From the human T2T-CHM13v2.0 reference genome, Homo sapiens: DNA of 64,000 nt. The notes under the pieces are model-generated. The model did not search any database. It saw nothing but the letters and a program-made list of their open reading frames with translations, and was not told the DNA's origin. Made by a program: the position numbers and the translations under genes. This document shows, one piece after another, positions 63,442 through 64,000 of this stretch (its first letter is position 1; each line of letters starts with the position of its first letter). The stretch lies in NCBI RefSeq assembly GCF_009914755.1, contig NC_060930.1; one strand, given 5' to 3'.

Positions 63442-64000
63442 CCCATGCCAAGGTCAAACAGCACAAAATCATAAATTCCCAGTGCAGACATGGGAACAAA
63501 AGAAAACCTCCTGTGCCGCCGCCACCTTTCCGGGCATGTTTCTAGGTGATAGTTGAAGAGGATTCTGCACCAAGTGTCTGCAAGAATGGAATTACAGTTT
63601 TCCCAAAAAAATGGGTAGACTCCACTTTCAGTACTTTTGAGAGGTGCAGCCTCCAGCAGGCCATTGGGACAGCTGAGCACAAAAGTGACTGACCAGCTGG
63701 GAGGTTTTCGCTCAGCCAAAGCTTGATTACTTCTCAGAGCACACGAGGAGTTGTGTTCTTATTGAATAGACTGGTTAGTGAATAAATGAAATTCATCAGC
63801 TTTCGTTAAAGGAGGAGACGTCTCTCCGCAGTGAATATGTAGAGCAGAGAATTCCGTATCGATTGGCTTGCAAATTCCCAACCTAAATGACAGCTTATTT
63901 TTACAGCCTGTGAGCAGAATCATCACTGAGCTCACAGCTTTTATGAAGTCTGTCTATTTGAATACACCATACCCTTTGCTCCATTAACTCAGTCTTATCT

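Noticed and set aside
63191-63556. 121-aa Cys-rich repeated ORF (CEVCH...C motifs)
   Set aside because: An off-frame reading of the 132-bp duplication; the metal-binding look is incidental and there is no initiation context.

Overview
This is primate, most likely human, genomic DNA from the middle of SASH1 (SAM and SH3 domain-containing 1) on the + strand. Ten coding exons (exons 7-16 of the canonical transcript as I recall its numbering) have GT-AG boundaries and compatible phases. They splice into one open frame covering roughly residues 172-699, including the SLY region, SH3 and the first SAM domain. Intron 7 holds a decayed CYP51A1 processed pseudogene inside a nest of MER44-like, L1, Tigger1 and Alu elements. 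The rest is ordinary Alu, L1, MaLR, MER and MIR intron. Best leads: (1) a 489-nt stop-free in-frame extension of exon 10 ending at a second phase-0 donor, giving a 163-aa insert; (2) a 132-bp tandem duplication of the exon 16 donor that creates a decoy/poison donor and a possible 9-nt microexon; (3) a candidate alternative first exon encoding MPKP in intron 8; (4) a MADE1 hairpin with matched changes on both arms; (5) a ~59-bp templated copy of sequence upstream of exon 8. Repeat family names and gene identities come from recalled consensus sequences, not database searches.
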